The notes beneath the pieces were generated by a model that saw only the letters and a program-made list of their open reading frames with translations, was not told the DNA's origin and ran no database searches. From positions 1 to 54,761 of the IMG/VR virus record IMGVR_UViG_3300016478_000067: a DNA stretch of 54,761 nt; one strand, given 5' to 3'. This DNA is from a virus (Duplodnaviria; Caudoviricetes). The position numbers and the translations under genes were made by a program. Within the stretch, counting starts at the first letter, position 1; each line of letters starts with the position of its first letter. Below are positions 25,284-35,117 of the stretch, in pieces.

Positions 25284-26482
25284 TAGAACGTTCCTCCGTC
25301 AACAACTCCGATTGGGGCCACGCCCAGCGCCGACCACACCGCAGCGGGGTTAGCGGCGGTGAATACGGAGTCACCAAGCGATGTGGCACCCAGATTGATT
25401 CTGGCGGCCGACGGGGTTGTGGCGCCGGTTCCGCCCTGAGACACCTGCACCGGCAGGGAAATAGTGGACGTGTCCGCATCCACCACATTCACCCCGTCGC
25501 AATATAAGATTGCGCGCTGGCCCGTAGATATGGCGATACCAGTTCCGGAGGCTGTTTTGATTGTAAGGGTATACGCTCCTGACGTTTGGTTATCCACCCA
25601 GTACTGCTGCACGGTAGTTGGGACAATCACAGACCTGTCCGCAGTCAGCGTTCCGGTGAATTTGTAACCAATTCGGTTCAATTCAGTACCGGTCAGCGTG
25701 TAGTTGCCGGAGCCTGAAACGTCAATCACCGTATAGTCGAACGCAAACACAGCGGGCTGTCCGAACCCGATGGTGAAGTAGTTTGCTCCGTCGGTGACAA
25801 TGATGGCCGATTCGCCGGGCTGAAATGACAGGGTGGCGTATGAGTCGATAGTGGGGCTGCCGGACGGGTCAACAACCACCGCACCAGTACCGGAATTGCG
25901 GAAATAGCAGAACCAGTTATTCCCCACGGACGGAGCTGCGGGCAGTGTGAAGGTTCCGGCGGAGCCAGTCCACACAAACATAACTGCACGATCCGTAGGC
26001 CCGGCAGTGTAGTTACTACTGAAGGTGGACACGGGCACTGATTGGGACAGGGTAGAGCCGATAGCGACAACCCCGGTTCCGACCAGATTAGATGCGGTAG
26101 CTTCAGACACCAGAGACCCGTACTGCAGTGATTTCCAGCTTCCGGACTCAGAAGTGTTGTTGGTCAGGTACAGCTGCCAAGAGGTTCCCGGAGCCACAAC
26201 GAGTATCTGTGATCCAACGTAGTTCTTCAGCACTACGGAGTTAGACCCCACGTTGTTGATCAATACGGTTTCACCAAGGCTGGCCTTGTTAGCGGCGGGC
26301 AGTGTCACGCTGTACGACGCCGAGCTGGACGTGATGTCCATGACTTTTGACAGCACGAAACTCGGGTCAGACAGCTCGTTTGGCCAAGACAGCGAGACGC
26401 TGGAAGTCAGGGTCAATAGCTGGTAACTGACCTCAGACGGGTAGATGTTAGCGCCGCCAAACACATCGGTATAACTTGTCAT
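25283..26482 (-). CDS. Tail fibre/appendage protein
   Basis: Ser/Thr-rich beta repeats; QGGTGATT..AARINLG fibre motif. Confidence 0.65.
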   Translation of the reverse strand: MTSYTDVFGGANIYPSEVSYQLLTLTSSVSLSWPNELSDPSFVLSKVMDITSSSASYSVTLPAANKASLGETVLINNVGSNSVVLKNYVGSQILVVAPGTSWQLYLTNNTSESGSWKSLQYGSLVSEATASNLVGTGVVAIGSTLSQSVPVSTFSSNYTAGPTDRAVMFVWTGSAGTFTLPAAPSVGNNWFCYFRNSGTGAVVVDPSGSPTIDSYATLSFQPGESAIIVTDGANYFTIGFGQPAVFAFDYTVIDVSGSGNYTLTGTELNRIGYKFTGTLTADRSVIVPTTVQQYWVDNQTSGAYTLTIKTASGTGIAISTGQRAILYCDGVNVVDADTSTISLPVQVSQGGTGATTPSAARINLGATSLGDSVFTAANPAAVWSALGVAPIGVVDGGTF

Positions 26483-27111
26483 GCTTCAGCCCTAATAGAA
26501 GATCGATCGGTAATACGTTTCAAGTCCTCAGCCCCGATACTTTGCAGAGCTTGAGCATAGATTGGGGTCAGAGACTGTGCGCGAGCGTCATTCTTCAAGA
26601 ACACCGCAGCCTCAACCAATGTTCCGTAAAGGAGTGCGTCCGGGGTATACTCGGTGAACCAGTTAGTCTGGTTCTCTTCGCTCAGCAATGCCGGCTGTTC
26701 ATAGTACAGCACTTCAAGCGTAGAACCGGCGCTGGGGGTCGGGGCAAACAACCAATGGTTATAGTCGTAATCGGCATAGAACTCCGGGGTTCCGGTGTCC
26801 GACTCGTTCGACCAGTACGACCTCAAGTACTCATAAGATCGCGGGAAAAGCGGAGCCCCGCCAGCCGTGATGCTAACTGTGTCGCGCCACCTGTCCGGCT
26901 TGCGGTACACGGCGACCCCTGCGGCCAATGGTGTGGACACGGCCCGAATGAAGCCCTGTATTTTGAGGTCCCTAGCAATCCGACGTTCAGCCAGCGAAAC
27001 CATGCGTGGAAGCTGTTCAAACACCAGCGGGTCGGAGGCGGGGGTGAAACCCCGTTCCATGTAACGTCTAGCATCGTCCAAAAGGGACGAGTACGTCATG
27101 ATATAACTCAT
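26479..27111 (-). CDS. Head-tail adaptor (podoviral)
   Basis: TYSSL...LAERRIARDL...APTP...QTNW...PDALLYGTL pattern. Confidence 0.7.
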   Translation of the reverse strand: MSYIMTYSSLLDDARRYMERGFTPASDPLVFEQLPRMVSLAERRIARDLKIQGFIRAVSTPLAAGVAVYRKPDRWRDTVSITAGGAPLFPRSYEYLRSYWSNESDTGTPEFYADYDYNHWLFAPTPSAGSTLEVLYYEQPALLSEENQTNWFTEYTPDALLYGTLVEAAVFLKNDARAQSLTPIYAQALQSIGAEDLKRITDRSSIRAEA

Positions 27112-27131
27112 AATACTCCCACTGGCTGAAG

Positions 27132-27542
27132 TTACTTCAGTTTGGACCGCAAGTCAGATATCTGAGAGTTCAGATTTTCTAACCACCCACCGTCAATCCC
27201 TAGGACTGCTTCCCTAAGCCTACGATTAGTGACGAATGACTCCAACTGGGTTATCTGTTCAAGCACAGACTGATTCATTTCTTCATCCGTCTTATCCCTG
27301 ACGACCCAATCGGTTTCCCATCTACACAGCTCCTGGTTGAAAGCACACCCCGATTGGACGGCAATTTGAAGGCTGGAGTCAACCGCCGGAGGGCCAACGC
27401 TAACCACGCGATGCACACCAAAATCCGCCAGGGTTTGTTCCGGTACATCGGACGGGAAGCTGATATCTGGGTGGTCCAGCCTTAGCTGATCTACGGAATA
27501 CGGGTAGGTTTTAACCGCACCATTATGAATAAGAACATACAT
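27132..27542 (-). CDS. Tail fibre-associated/chaperone-like protein
   Basis: YPYS..LR.DHP..SFP motif; follows a fibre-like gene. Confidence 0.55.
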   Translation of the reverse strand: MYVLIHNGAVKTYPYSVDQLRLDHPDISFPSDVPEQTLADFGVHRVVSVGPPAVDSSLQIAVQSGCAFNQELCRWETDWVVRDKTDEEMNQSVLEQITQLESFVTNRRLREAVLGIDGGWLENLNSQISDLRSKLK

Positions 27543-27544
27543 AA

Positions 27545-28807
27545 TTAGAAACTCCTGCTAGGTTTTAGGGACACCAATATCCCAGCTGACGCGGACCCAG
27601 ATCCGAGACCAATATACCTTGCCCCGATGTACCCGGTTTGAACAATCTGATCAAACACCCGATAGCTGGTCCCGTAGATGTCTGAGTCGGTGACCCTAGG
27701 TGTCATCCCACCTGGGGCGGTTAAAGTCAGCGATGCCGCATTGACAGCCCCACATGCCACTAGCACGGACTGGCTCCTGGACGGCGAGATTGAGGGTAGA
27801 TCCAGCGGGTCTGAAGACGTCGTGAACGTGCCAATCGTGTCGTAACTGGCGTATCTGTAAGTGAGTATACACCCAGCGGTCAGATTATTTGGCTCGGCGC
27901 ATGTGAAAGTGTAGCTGGAAGGCTCTGACCCGCCGGCCATCTTATAGGCCAACCGCAAGTTGGGCAGACTACCTTCATCTGCAATCTCCGTCCACCCGGT
28001 GTCTCCAGTCCAAGATCCAGATCCGGTTCCGCCGGCAGACATGACGGCAAGCATGAGGTCGCCGCTTACAGTGCCGGAGGGCTTTGATACCGTCAGCGTT
28101 TGACCCGCAACAGTACTCTGTGCGGAGGTATAGGACACGAATTCCGGCGCCAAATCTGGTTCGTTAGTAACTTGGAACAACAGCCCGACAGTAACGGGCG
28201 CGTTGCTAACTGAGAACGTCACCGATTTGTTACCAGAGGGAGAGATAGACTGTTCTTTGTCGTACAATAAAAATGCACCGGGCCTCACCCCTGTTGCGCC
28301 GAGGTATGACACACGGGCGGTCATGTCGGACGGAACGCTGCCGATAACCACGTTGTCGTCTTCATTGGCAAATACGGCACACAATCTACCCAGATATGAC
28401 GGGGTGATCCCACCAGCTGTTGCAGTAGTAGTCGTAGACCTGGATATGGTCCCAACCGTATTAACGCGAGTGGCGTCTCGGTAAACTAGCATTGCGACCG
28501 CGTTGTTACCAGCGACGGTCCAGGTAAACAAATAGTTCCCGCTTTCAGAACTGGCAGTCTTCACTGCTATGAAAGCCGTATTTTCAACAGAATTATCAAG
28601 GTATATCAGGTTGAATCCGGACGGCGCAGTAACCTTGGAATTTACCATTGAATTGAACCCGACAGCAACCAGCAAATCACCGTCCTGAATACTTGTCGGG
28701 GCGGTTACGGTGTTCACAGCGCCAGCGTACCTAGCCACGCTACTGGATACGAACGTCGGGGGTTTCCTCAGCGCCCCGGTGCTGGACAAGAGCTTTGACG
28801 CTATCAT
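27545..28807 (-). CDS. Receptor-binding/tail appendage protein with two tandem beta domains
   Basis: Internal duplication PTFVSS..P..IQDGDLLVAV / PEFVSY..P..TVSGDLMLAV. Confidence 0.55.
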   Translation of the reverse strand: MIASKLLSSTGALRKPPTFVSSSVARYAGAVNTVTAPTSIQDGDLLVAVGFNSMVNSKVTAPSGFNLIYLDNSVENTAFIAVKTASSESGNYLFTWTVAGNNAVAMLVYRDATRVNTVGTISRSTTTTATAGGITPSYLGRLCAVFANEDDNVVIGSVPSDMTARVSYLGATGVRPGAFLLYDKEQSISPSGNKSVTFSVSNAPVTVGLLFQVTNEPDLAPEFVSYTSAQSTVAGQTLTVSKPSGTVSGDLMLAVMSAGGTGSGSWTGDTGWTEIADEGSLPNLRLAYKMAGGSEPSSYTFTCAEPNNLTAGCILTYRYASYDTIGTFTTSSDPLDLPSISPSRSQSVLVACGAVNAASLTLTAPGGMTPRVTDSDIYGTSYRVFDQIVQTGYIGARYIGLGSGSASAGILVSLKPSRSF

Positions 28808-29361
28808 TAAGAATCCCCCACCCTAGCTGCGTAAATGGTTGTACCGACTTTCCAAAACTGTATAACTGTATACCCTATGGTGTTAAGAACTGGAGGACTG
28901 TTGAAATTGGTTTTCCACGACACAGGTAAGGAAGACCAATTGATCGTGTATGCAGACCCATCATCCACCATTAGCGTCAAAGACTGACCTTCGGCCCAAG
29001 TTCCAGCCGTAGGGGTCGAATTGCCGGTCAAAGTCCAAGTCTGAATAGACCCGTTAGCTGGGGAAAGAGCAGGCGTGGTCCCAGATACGGCGTATACTTG
29101 TTCAGTGTACCCACCGGTGATGATCTGACCAGCAATGGTTTTGTTGGTTAGGGTTTGTACCCCAGTCAGCGTCACCAGTCCAGACGAAATGACGGCCGAA
29201 TCAGCGATAGTGGTCACCGTTCCGGCGGCGTTTTTGAAGAACAGTTTTCCGTCTTGGATATTAATAGCCAGCTCGCCGGGTTGTAGACTACCGGAGAGAG
29301 GGACAGCACCGGCAGTAGAACTCCGATACAGCTGAATGGGGGTGTAGTTGGTCTGCGGCAT
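28807..29361 (-). CDS. Tail fibre-related protein
   Basis: IQLYRSSTAGAVP..GELAINIQDGKLFFK fibre N-terminal motif; TLTNKT. Confidence 0.65.
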   Translation of the reverse strand: MPQTNYTPIQLYRSSTAGAVPLSGSLQPGELAINIQDGKLFFKNAAGTVTTIADSAVISSGLVTLTGVQTLTNKTIAGQIITGGYTEQVYAVSGTTPALSPANGSIQTWTLTGNSTPTAGTWAEGQSLTLMVDDGSAYTINWSSLPVSWKTNFNSPPVLNTIGYTVIQFWKVGTTIYAARVGDS

Positions 29362-29362
29362 A

Positions 29363-29710
29363 TTACTTCAGCCTCTCCAGTTTGTACAGCGTGCGGGCAT
29401 GTAGACCGCATATTTCGTCTAGCAGGTTCTCAAGCAGCGGAATGCCGCCGGATAGCTTCTCTCGGTTGTCCGTAATCCAAGCCATTGAATCAGCGATGCC
29501 TTTTTTAGCGTCGGAATCATACTTGGTTTTTCCGACCACCCCGAACACACCCTGGTACGACTCAATGTACCCGTCAAGCTGTTCGATGAGTTCTTCGTAG
29601 AACTCACCCAGAGCTTGGTGCTGGGAGTAAGATTCTGTTTTCCAATGCTCCACATGAGACGCGTCTCTGAGGGTCAGGGCCTTATCTATAAATTGTTCAA
29701 TCAGCGCCAT
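29363..29710 (-). CDS. Ferritin/Dps-like four-helix protein (DUF5856-like)
   Basis: HVEHW.T.SY..HQALGEFYE.....D...E.YQG. Confidence 0.7.
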   Translation of the reverse strand: MALIEQFIDKALTLRDASHVEHWKTESYSQHQALGEFYEELIEQLDGYIESYQGVFGVVGKTKYDSDAKKGIADSMAWITDNREKLSGGIPLLENLLDEICGLHARTLYKLERLK

Positions 29711-29724
29711 TTTAGTACACCGGT

Positions 29725-30969
29725 TTAAGCAATCAACAGTCGATACGCCGGTTTAATAACGCCACCTGGAGTGGTACCCGGTAGATTGGAAGTTTTCAGC
29801 GTCACCGTAGCATCACCCCAGATGTAAAACCTCAGCCGGGTGTTAGCCGCATAGTACCGGGTGGCATTCACCTGCACCTGGGTCTCAGTTGCGTTCTGTA
29901 GAACCAGCTGCCTACCAGAATACGTAGTAGGGTTCCAGGTTACACCATCAGCAGAATCTTCAGCGTAGAAATAGATACTCTTGTTCGAGGATGAGGGCTC
30001 CGCGTTGAACTGGATGTTGATAGCGTAAGACCCGTTCTGCAGGATTGTAACAACCCCGGTGTCGGAATTGTACGTAAATCCGGAAGAACCCGCCACCAAC
30101 GTCGGCGCAGCGAACACCTGTGGGGTGGTGGGCAAGGTTACAGATGCACGAGTGTCCCTAATTTCAGCGTTCGGATACCATGCAGTTTTATCTACATGGA
30201 TGTACACTCTACCTGACACAGCGTCCGACGTCACCACGGTGCCAATATCTACTATGTAATTCGGCTGTAGCGGGGCGGTTGACGCCCAGTCCCCAGAGGA
30301 CGCGGCCGACAAATATAGCCGGGTTCCAGCCGGGTAACCAGACGTGTTCAACCCATTCACCACCCCAGAAACACAGACGTAACCGTAACCCCCGGCATCA
30401 ATATCAGCGGTCACCATCCCGAGCGTGGACTGGGAAGCCGTTGCGGTATCGGCTTTAGCGAGGGTGACAGTGGGCCAGCCGCCGGACGCACCGCTTATGT
30501 ACACCATCTTACCGTTGAGCAGCGCGGAGCCCGTCGTGTTATATACACGGACCAATTGCTCCCGACCCAGGTTGACAGTTACGTCCGAATCATCGTTGTA
30601 ATAGGCCAGGGAATGAGATTCGGCGTCGTAGAACAGCTTGCCTTCCGCATGCGGCGGCACTGGAGCAGAGCTGTTGAACCCCACCCGAGATATCCCAGTC
30701 AAGGAGGTTATGTCGGAGTTATCTCCAACCAGCGCGTAGCTTTGCGACAGCTTGGCGGGGGTTACTGCGCCGCCCGCCAGCTTAGACTCAGTTATGGAGC
30801 CGTCTGGGATGGTGCCCGTGACGATATCTCCGGCTCGGATTTTGTAAGTCCTACCGCCGTAGATAAAAACCAAATATCCGTCTGGTGATGCCACCGGGGA
30901 CTCCGGCAGCTGGGACACCCGTGTCGGGATGAGGTTGCTAGGGACTTGCACCATCTGCGTATCTTTCAA
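29725..30969 (-). CDS. Virion structural/fibre protein
   Basis: SITESKLAGGAVT repeats, NSDITSL, beta-rich. Confidence 0.6.
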   Translation of the reverse strand: MKDTQMVQVPSNLIPTRVSQLPESPVASPDGYLVFIYGGRTYKIRAGDIVTGTIPDGSITESKLAGGAVTPAKLSQSYALVGDNSDITSLTGISRVGFNSSAPVPPHAEGKLFYDAESHSLAYYNDDSDVTVNLGREQLVRVYNTTGSALLNGKMVYISGASGGWPTVTLAKADTATASQSTLGMVTADIDAGGYGYVCVSGVVNGLNTSGYPAGTRLYLSAASSGDWASTAPLQPNYIVDIGTVVTSDAVSGRVYIHVDKTAWYPNAEIRDTRASVTLPTTPQVFAAPTLVAGSSGFTYNSDTGVVTILQNGSYAINIQFNAEPSSSNKSIYFYAEDSADGVTWNPTTYSGRQLVLQNATETQVQVNATRYYAANTRLRFYIWGDATVTLKTSNLPGTTPGGVIKPAYRLLIA

Positions 30970-31268
30970 GGAATTAGGTAACTGCCGCCGTCTTCAGTCA
31001 GCAGGAATGAGTCCCCGTCTTCGGTGATGACGCCAGAGGGATTGGTTCCAATCGGCTCATCAGGACGCACGAACGGTAAAACCACCCTGTCTTCGCCTCT
31101 GGGAGCCAGTCGATACGGGTCGTATTCGTCCTGGTCGTCGCGACATACCATGAGCGCGGGGAAGTTCGGGTCGGGCCGGAGTTCTGCCAATTTGAATTTG
31201 CGGGAACACCGCGCGCATAGCGCAACGCCGAATGTGGGTTCGCCGCGAACGTCAGTGAATCGGCTCAT
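30966..31268 (-). CDS. Hypothetical protein with CxxC motif
   Basis: CARCSRKF...VCRDDQD; coupled gene. Confidence 0.6.
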   Translation of the reverse strand: MSRFTDVRGEPTFGVALCARCSRKFKLAELRPDPNFPALMVCRDDQDEYDPYRLAPRGEDRVVLPFVRPDEPIGTNPSGVITEDGDSFLLTEDGGSYLIP

Positions 31269-32245
31269 TTAGTGTACATCCCGATAGAAGGCTGAATGAA
31301 CGTGGGCGAGCCATCGTTATCACCATCCCACGCCGCCTGCAGAGACATGGCCGCACGTTGTTCCAGCACTGGAATCAGGTTAGCGTCTACCGCCGGGGTT
31401 TCTGCCGCGACACGGGCAGCCAGCCCATTGATAATAGCCTCCAACCAGCGGGCTGGAACTTCCACATCCTGTCGCAGGTTCTGTGTGTCCATGATCTGCC
31501 GGTGCCGCCAGACAACGATTTGGTTGTGTTCTGCAGCCACGTTTGGAGAGGGCCACAGGTTGAGCATCGGGTAGGGCTCTGAGCGTTGGAACCAATAAGT
31601 AAGCGGGCGCCCCTGGTAGACCTTGTTGCTTTGAGCGGCGTAAGTGTCACGGTTCAGTGTACCCATTGGGATCTCTTGCGGCATGTTACCGAAGAACACC
31701 TGCGACACAGAAATAGGGGAGGACGAGACCAACCTGTAGTAGTCGCGCGTAACCACCGGAGACAGATCCCACCACTCCCATTCCCCGGCTGCAGCGCCGG
31801 AATCTGTGGTACGCAGCGTGGTCCAAGACACGCCGTCGGTGGAAGTTTGCAGTGACAACGCCGCACCAGTAGCGGACCATTTCACACCGACCGTGCTGAC
31901 CGCAGCCCCGCCCGCAAAGTACGCCTCGTAGCTGGTCGAGGTTTGGGTGACGGAGCCCGTGACCTCCTGCAGGGTGCGTAGATTGGCGTTCAGGACCTCA
32001 ATTGTACCTTTATCCAATGGTACCTGGCTAACGCCCTCGTACATCGGGTAGATCTGACGCTCGATACACCAGGAGGGCGGTCTGGGGTTGGCCAGGGAAG
32101 AAAGGAACGCGTAGAGGGACTCTAGCGCGTACTGTTGCATCTCTGCAGTTATGCCCTGCGCGGGCAGGCGACAACGCCTGAATGCGTGATCTACGACCCG
32201 TAGCGCATTGAATGTGGTATTGCTAATTGCGCCCGAGTAGGCCAT
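31265..32245 (-). CDS. Head completion/adaptor-like protein
   Basis: AFRRC..., QGRP..YWFQR, LNLWPSP, VPARWLEAI..GLA adaptor-type pattern with an inserted beta domain. Confidence 0.6.
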   Translation of the reverse strand: MAYSGAISNTTFNALRVVDHAFRRCRLPAQGITAEMQQYALESLYAFLSSLANPRPPSWCIERQIYPMYEGVSQVPLDKGTIEVLNANLRTLQEVTGSVTQTSTSYEAYFAGGAAVSTVGVKWSATGAALSLQTSTDGVSWTTLRTTDSGAAAGEWEWWDLSPVVTRDYYRLVSSSPISVSQVFFGNMPQEIPMGTLNRDTYAAQSNKVYQGRPLTYWFQRSEPYPMLNLWPSPNVAAEHNQIVVWRHRQIMDTQNLRQDVEVPARWLEAIINGLAARVAAETPAVDANLIPVLEQRAAMSLQAAWDGDNDGSPTFIQPSIGMYTK

Positions 32246-32278
32246 GCGGTAAACTCCAGGATTCTAAATCTCCCGTGA

Positions 32279-32307
32279 ATTATACCGCAAGGCTGCCAGC
32301 AGGGCAA
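32279..32307 (-). promoter_or_regulatory. Sigma70-like promoter TTGCCC-N17-TATAAT
   Basis: Upstream of the tail gene block. Confidence 0.5.
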
Positions 32308-32478
32308 TTACTTTTTACCGACCTGACGGGCCTGGGACAGAGCGATAGCCACGGCCTGCTTCGGGTTTTTGACGACCTTACCGTCTTTACCGGAGTGGAG
32401 TGAGCCCTTTTTGAACTCACTCATCACAGTGCCGACCTTGGCCTGTTGCTTCGGAGCTAGTTTCTTTGCAGTTGCCAT
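32308..32478 (-). CDS. Small basic protein (DUF6496-like)
   Basis: KVGTVMSEFKKGSLHSG...KNPKQAVAIALSQAR. Confidence 0.7.
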   Translation of the reverse strand: MATAKKLAPKQQAKVGTVMSEFKKGSLHSGKDGKVVKNPKQAVAIALSQARQVGKK

Positions 32479-32539
32479 TTTCACACCTTGAACAGAACCC
32501 AGAACCAAATAACCGGGATGAGCACCGCGAAAAGCGCAC

Positions 32540-32713
32540 TCACACACGACCTCGCTTGTCGTAGATAGACAGGGCGACACCAACCAGCGCGGAACCCCCG
32601 CCGACGATGGCGTCCATCGTACCGCCGTCAATACCGTACTTAACGGCAAAAGCGCCGCCCAGAGCGGTCAGGATGTGACGAGCCAGAGCGGCCAGGATAG
32701 TCGTGTTCATCAT
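32540..32713 (-). CDS. Putative holin (57 aa, two hydrophobic segments)
   Basis: Manually read MMNTTILAALARHILTALGG...LSIYDKRGRV; AAAGGA RBS; next to the endolysin. Confidence 0.65.
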   Translation of the reverse strand: MMNTTILAALARHILTALGGAFAVKYGIDGGTMDAIVGGGSALVGVALSIYDKRGRV

Positions 32714-32725
32714 CTTAACTTCCTT

Positions 32726-33202
32726 TCAAGTTTGCAGCAACGCTGCGATTCTACGAGCCCAACCCTTACCGAACGTGCCCCAAGTTGGCAGATTCGTCAT
32801 GAACTGTAACCGCATTCCGAGCATGCGGGCCAGTACGCGGTCTGGAGTACACTGTTGGGCAGCCAGAATGGTCTGCGCCCCGATGACGCCATCCGACTTT
32901 ACTCCGAGCGCCCGTTGAAGCCAGTACGTTGCCTGGGTCGGACCGGAGTTGTAGGCTGCGTCGAAAACAGCGTACCGGAGCGTCGCCGGAAGATCTTCAG
33001 CTTTAACTGCGTCCCAGTACTCTGAACGAGCTATACGCTTGGCAACATCAACCGGCAGGTCCCGGATTGAACCGGTGTACCCATTAGCCCGCGCCACCCG
33101 CTCCGTTACGCCCCAACGGGTGGCTCCGCCGGGGTCGCTCGGGTTGTCCGTGAAACCACCCTCATGCCCAAGTAGCGCATCGAACGCGAGGTCGAAATTC
33201 AT
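32726..33202 (-). CDS. Endolysin, glycoside hydrolase family 108
   Basis: HEGGF.D.P.DPGGAT.WGVT; FDAAYNSG; FGKGWARR. Confidence 0.9.
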   Translation of the reverse strand: MNFDLAFDALLGHEGGFTDNPSDPGGATRWGVTERVARANGYTGSIRDLPVDVAKRIARSEYWDAVKAEDLPATLRYAVFDAAYNSGPTQATYWLQRALGVKSDGVIGAQTILAAQQCTPDRVLARMLGMRLQFMTNLPTWGTFGKGWARRIAALLQT

Positions 33203-33387
33203 AGCTTACCACTGCCACCTAACCAAGCAAATAACGCGAGAGCACCCGCCCCAACCAACCATAAAACTTTGTTAACAACGGATTTGCCAATTTGAGTATA
33301 CACCCGCTCGATGGCGACCTCGGCGGCTCGTTCTGCAATGGCTTCAATTTGAGCCTCAGTCAGTTGGGGTATAGATGTTGGAGGCAT
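33199..33387 (-). CDS. Small membrane protein (holin-like)
   Basis: C-terminal transmembrane helix; ATGA-coupled to the endolysin. Confidence 0.6.
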   Translation of the reverse strand: MPPTSIPQLTEAQIEAIAERAAEVAIERVYTQIGKSVVNKVLWLVGAGALALFAWLGGSGKL

Positions 33388-33401
33388 ACGGATACTCGTC
33401 G

Positions 33402-33653
33402 TTATGCTTCTATTGGTTTCAGCCCCAAGGAGGCAAGGACTTCCTGAACATCGTCGTGGTAGACCTGACTCGGCCACGCAACCGAGCCATCAGTGATGCG
33501 TGCCAGGTCGTCGTCAGCCCACAGGCCGGAGCAGACGTAGAAAGTAGCTCCGGCGGGGTCGGTAAACCCGCTGACAAAAGAGCCGGGGAAATCGGCTTGC
33601 GCGGCGGATTGGTCGGCCGCGGCCACGATTACCGTTGCGTTGGTGTAGCTCAT
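33402..33653 (-). CDS. Hypothetical protein
   Basis: ORF with RBS. Confidence 0.6.
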   Translation of the reverse strand: MSYTNATVIVAAADQSAAQADFPGSFVSGFTDPAGATFYVCSGLWADDDLARITDGSVAWPSQVYHDDVQEVLASLGLKPIEA

Positions 33654-33874
33654 TTCCTCTCCGGCATATCTTTTTCGGTCATGGTGCCCCGGCCATCAGC
33701 CAGCACCGCTTCCCAGCGCGCATTCAGCTCATCGCAGTCAATTTCCAGTGCGATCTGTGCAAGCTCTCGTGTCTGGTAGACACCCGGAAGCCATGTTCCA
33801 CCGTCGCTGACGACAAAGCAGTCGTCTTCCAGTCTATGAATCATCAGTACGCTCCAGTTTTCTGGTTCAGCCAC
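33650..33874 (-). CDS. Hypothetical protein (probable start near 33844)
   Basis: Coupled ORF. Confidence 0.5.
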   Translation of the reverse strand: MAEPENWSVLMIHRLEDDCFVVSDGGTWLPGVYQTRELAQIALEIDCDELNARWEAVLADGRGTMTEKDMPERK

Positions 33875-35106
33875 GTTTCAGTGCTGGCGATCTCGCTGGC
33901 GCTGGCTTGCTTGCCTGCGACGACTAGGCCATACAGGCGACCGTTGAACCACGCTGAGCTACCTGCACGAGCGCCGAGGTAAAGCGGGTGGTTGCCGTAG
34001 TTGCCGCTGCCTTGGGTGGAAGTCGATTGCGAAACTTGAGTGCCATTGACACGCAGCGTGGCAGACGGTGCAGAAATATTGCCGATACCGGAAGTAACAT
34101 TTGTAATTGGTGCTACATATCCGCCATTTGAAACAGCCACAGCCCGAATTGTTCCGGTTGAATCGAATGCGTAGTCGTTTATCCCGGAACTTCGCCTTGG
34201 GGCAGAAATAAAAAATGCTCCGTTGTTTAATGTTGCGTCAACACTTAGCTCAACTGGTATCGCTACTGACGCATCACTCAACTTCCTAACCCCCGCCGAC
34301 ACAAACATCTTGTCGCCGTAGGTGAAGTCGATGCTGTTGGTTTGCAGCCACTGGTTCACGCCGTTGAAGGCGAGGTAATGCTTGAAGCCTACGGTGTCAT
34401 AGCCGGTGGCGGTGTTGACTCGCTGGTAAGCTGGTTGGTTCAGGGCGTCGTTGGTGTAAATCAACTGCGCTTTATTTGCCGTTACTGTTGTCGCCGTTGA
34501 TCCGGTAGCCCTAGAAATATACCCGCTAAATCCAGTTTGCCCAGCATTAACCATAGTATGACTGACAGAGTAGCGAGTCGGAGTAGAAGTCAACGTAATT
34601 TGTTTATTGTCCTCCTCGTACCCCCCGCCACCAACCCGAGAGCATCCGATATTTATCGTGCCGGAACCGGACAACTCAACGGAAAACGTTGCCGATGTTC
34701 CGACTATTGCCGTCGTTGTAACTGACTGAAAAATCGCTTCGTTTGTATTGGGAAAATTAAGCGTATTAGCATTCGACGCGGTTGACGATCCAAATTTTAC
34801 CCACACCGAGTCCGAGAAATCCTCAGTCTTTGTCAGCAAGTTATACCTAGCCGACAGCACCGGGAAGTTCGCGCTGTTGCCGCTGCCGTTGAAGGCGTGG
34901 TTTCCACAGCCCGACTTGTCCAGAATGCGCCCCACAGGCTGACCTACAGCCGTCACAGGCGTGGTGCCGGCTGCGTCCTGAAACATGGTCGAGAAGTCCG
35001 ACGGGTCGTACCATGCGCCGTTGACGCCGGTGGTGAATAACCGGGCCGGGGTAAAAAGCGCAGCCACATAGTTCCTTGGGAACCCAAAACCAAACCCGAA
35101 CGACAT
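33844..35106 (-). CDS. Head spike fibre with carbohydrate-binding/LamG-like domains
   Basis: MSFGFGFGF start; AWYDPSD.STMFQD..GTTPV; follows the spike base gene. Confidence 0.6.
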   Translation of the reverse strand: MSFGFGFGFPRNYVAALFTPARLFTTGVNGAWYDPSDFSTMFQDAAGTTPVTAVGQPVGRILDKSGCGNHAFNGSGNSANFPVLSARYNLLTKTEDFSDSVWVKFGSSTASNANTLNFPNTNEAIFQSVTTTAIVGTSATFSVELSGSGTINIGCSRVGGGGYEEDNKQITLTSTPTRYSVSHTMVNAGQTGFSGYISRATGSTATTVTANKAQLIYTNDALNQPAYQRVNTATGYDTVGFKHYLAFNGVNQWLQTNSIDFTYGDKMFVSAGVRKLSDASVAIPVELSVDATLNNGAFFISAPRRSSGINDYAFDSTGTIRAVAVSNGGYVAPITNVTSGIGNISAPSATLRVNGTQVSQSTSTQGSGNYGNHPLYLGARAGSSAWFNGRLYGLVVAGKQASASEIASTETWLNQKTGAY

Positions 35107-35117
35107 TAGGAGACCCC

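Noticed and set aside
32308-33653. Spanin (Rz/Rz1) genes
   Set aside because: No lipobox-containing ORF recognised near the lysin.
33844-35106. Diversity-generating retroelement target
   Set aside because: No reverse transcriptase or template repeat seen.
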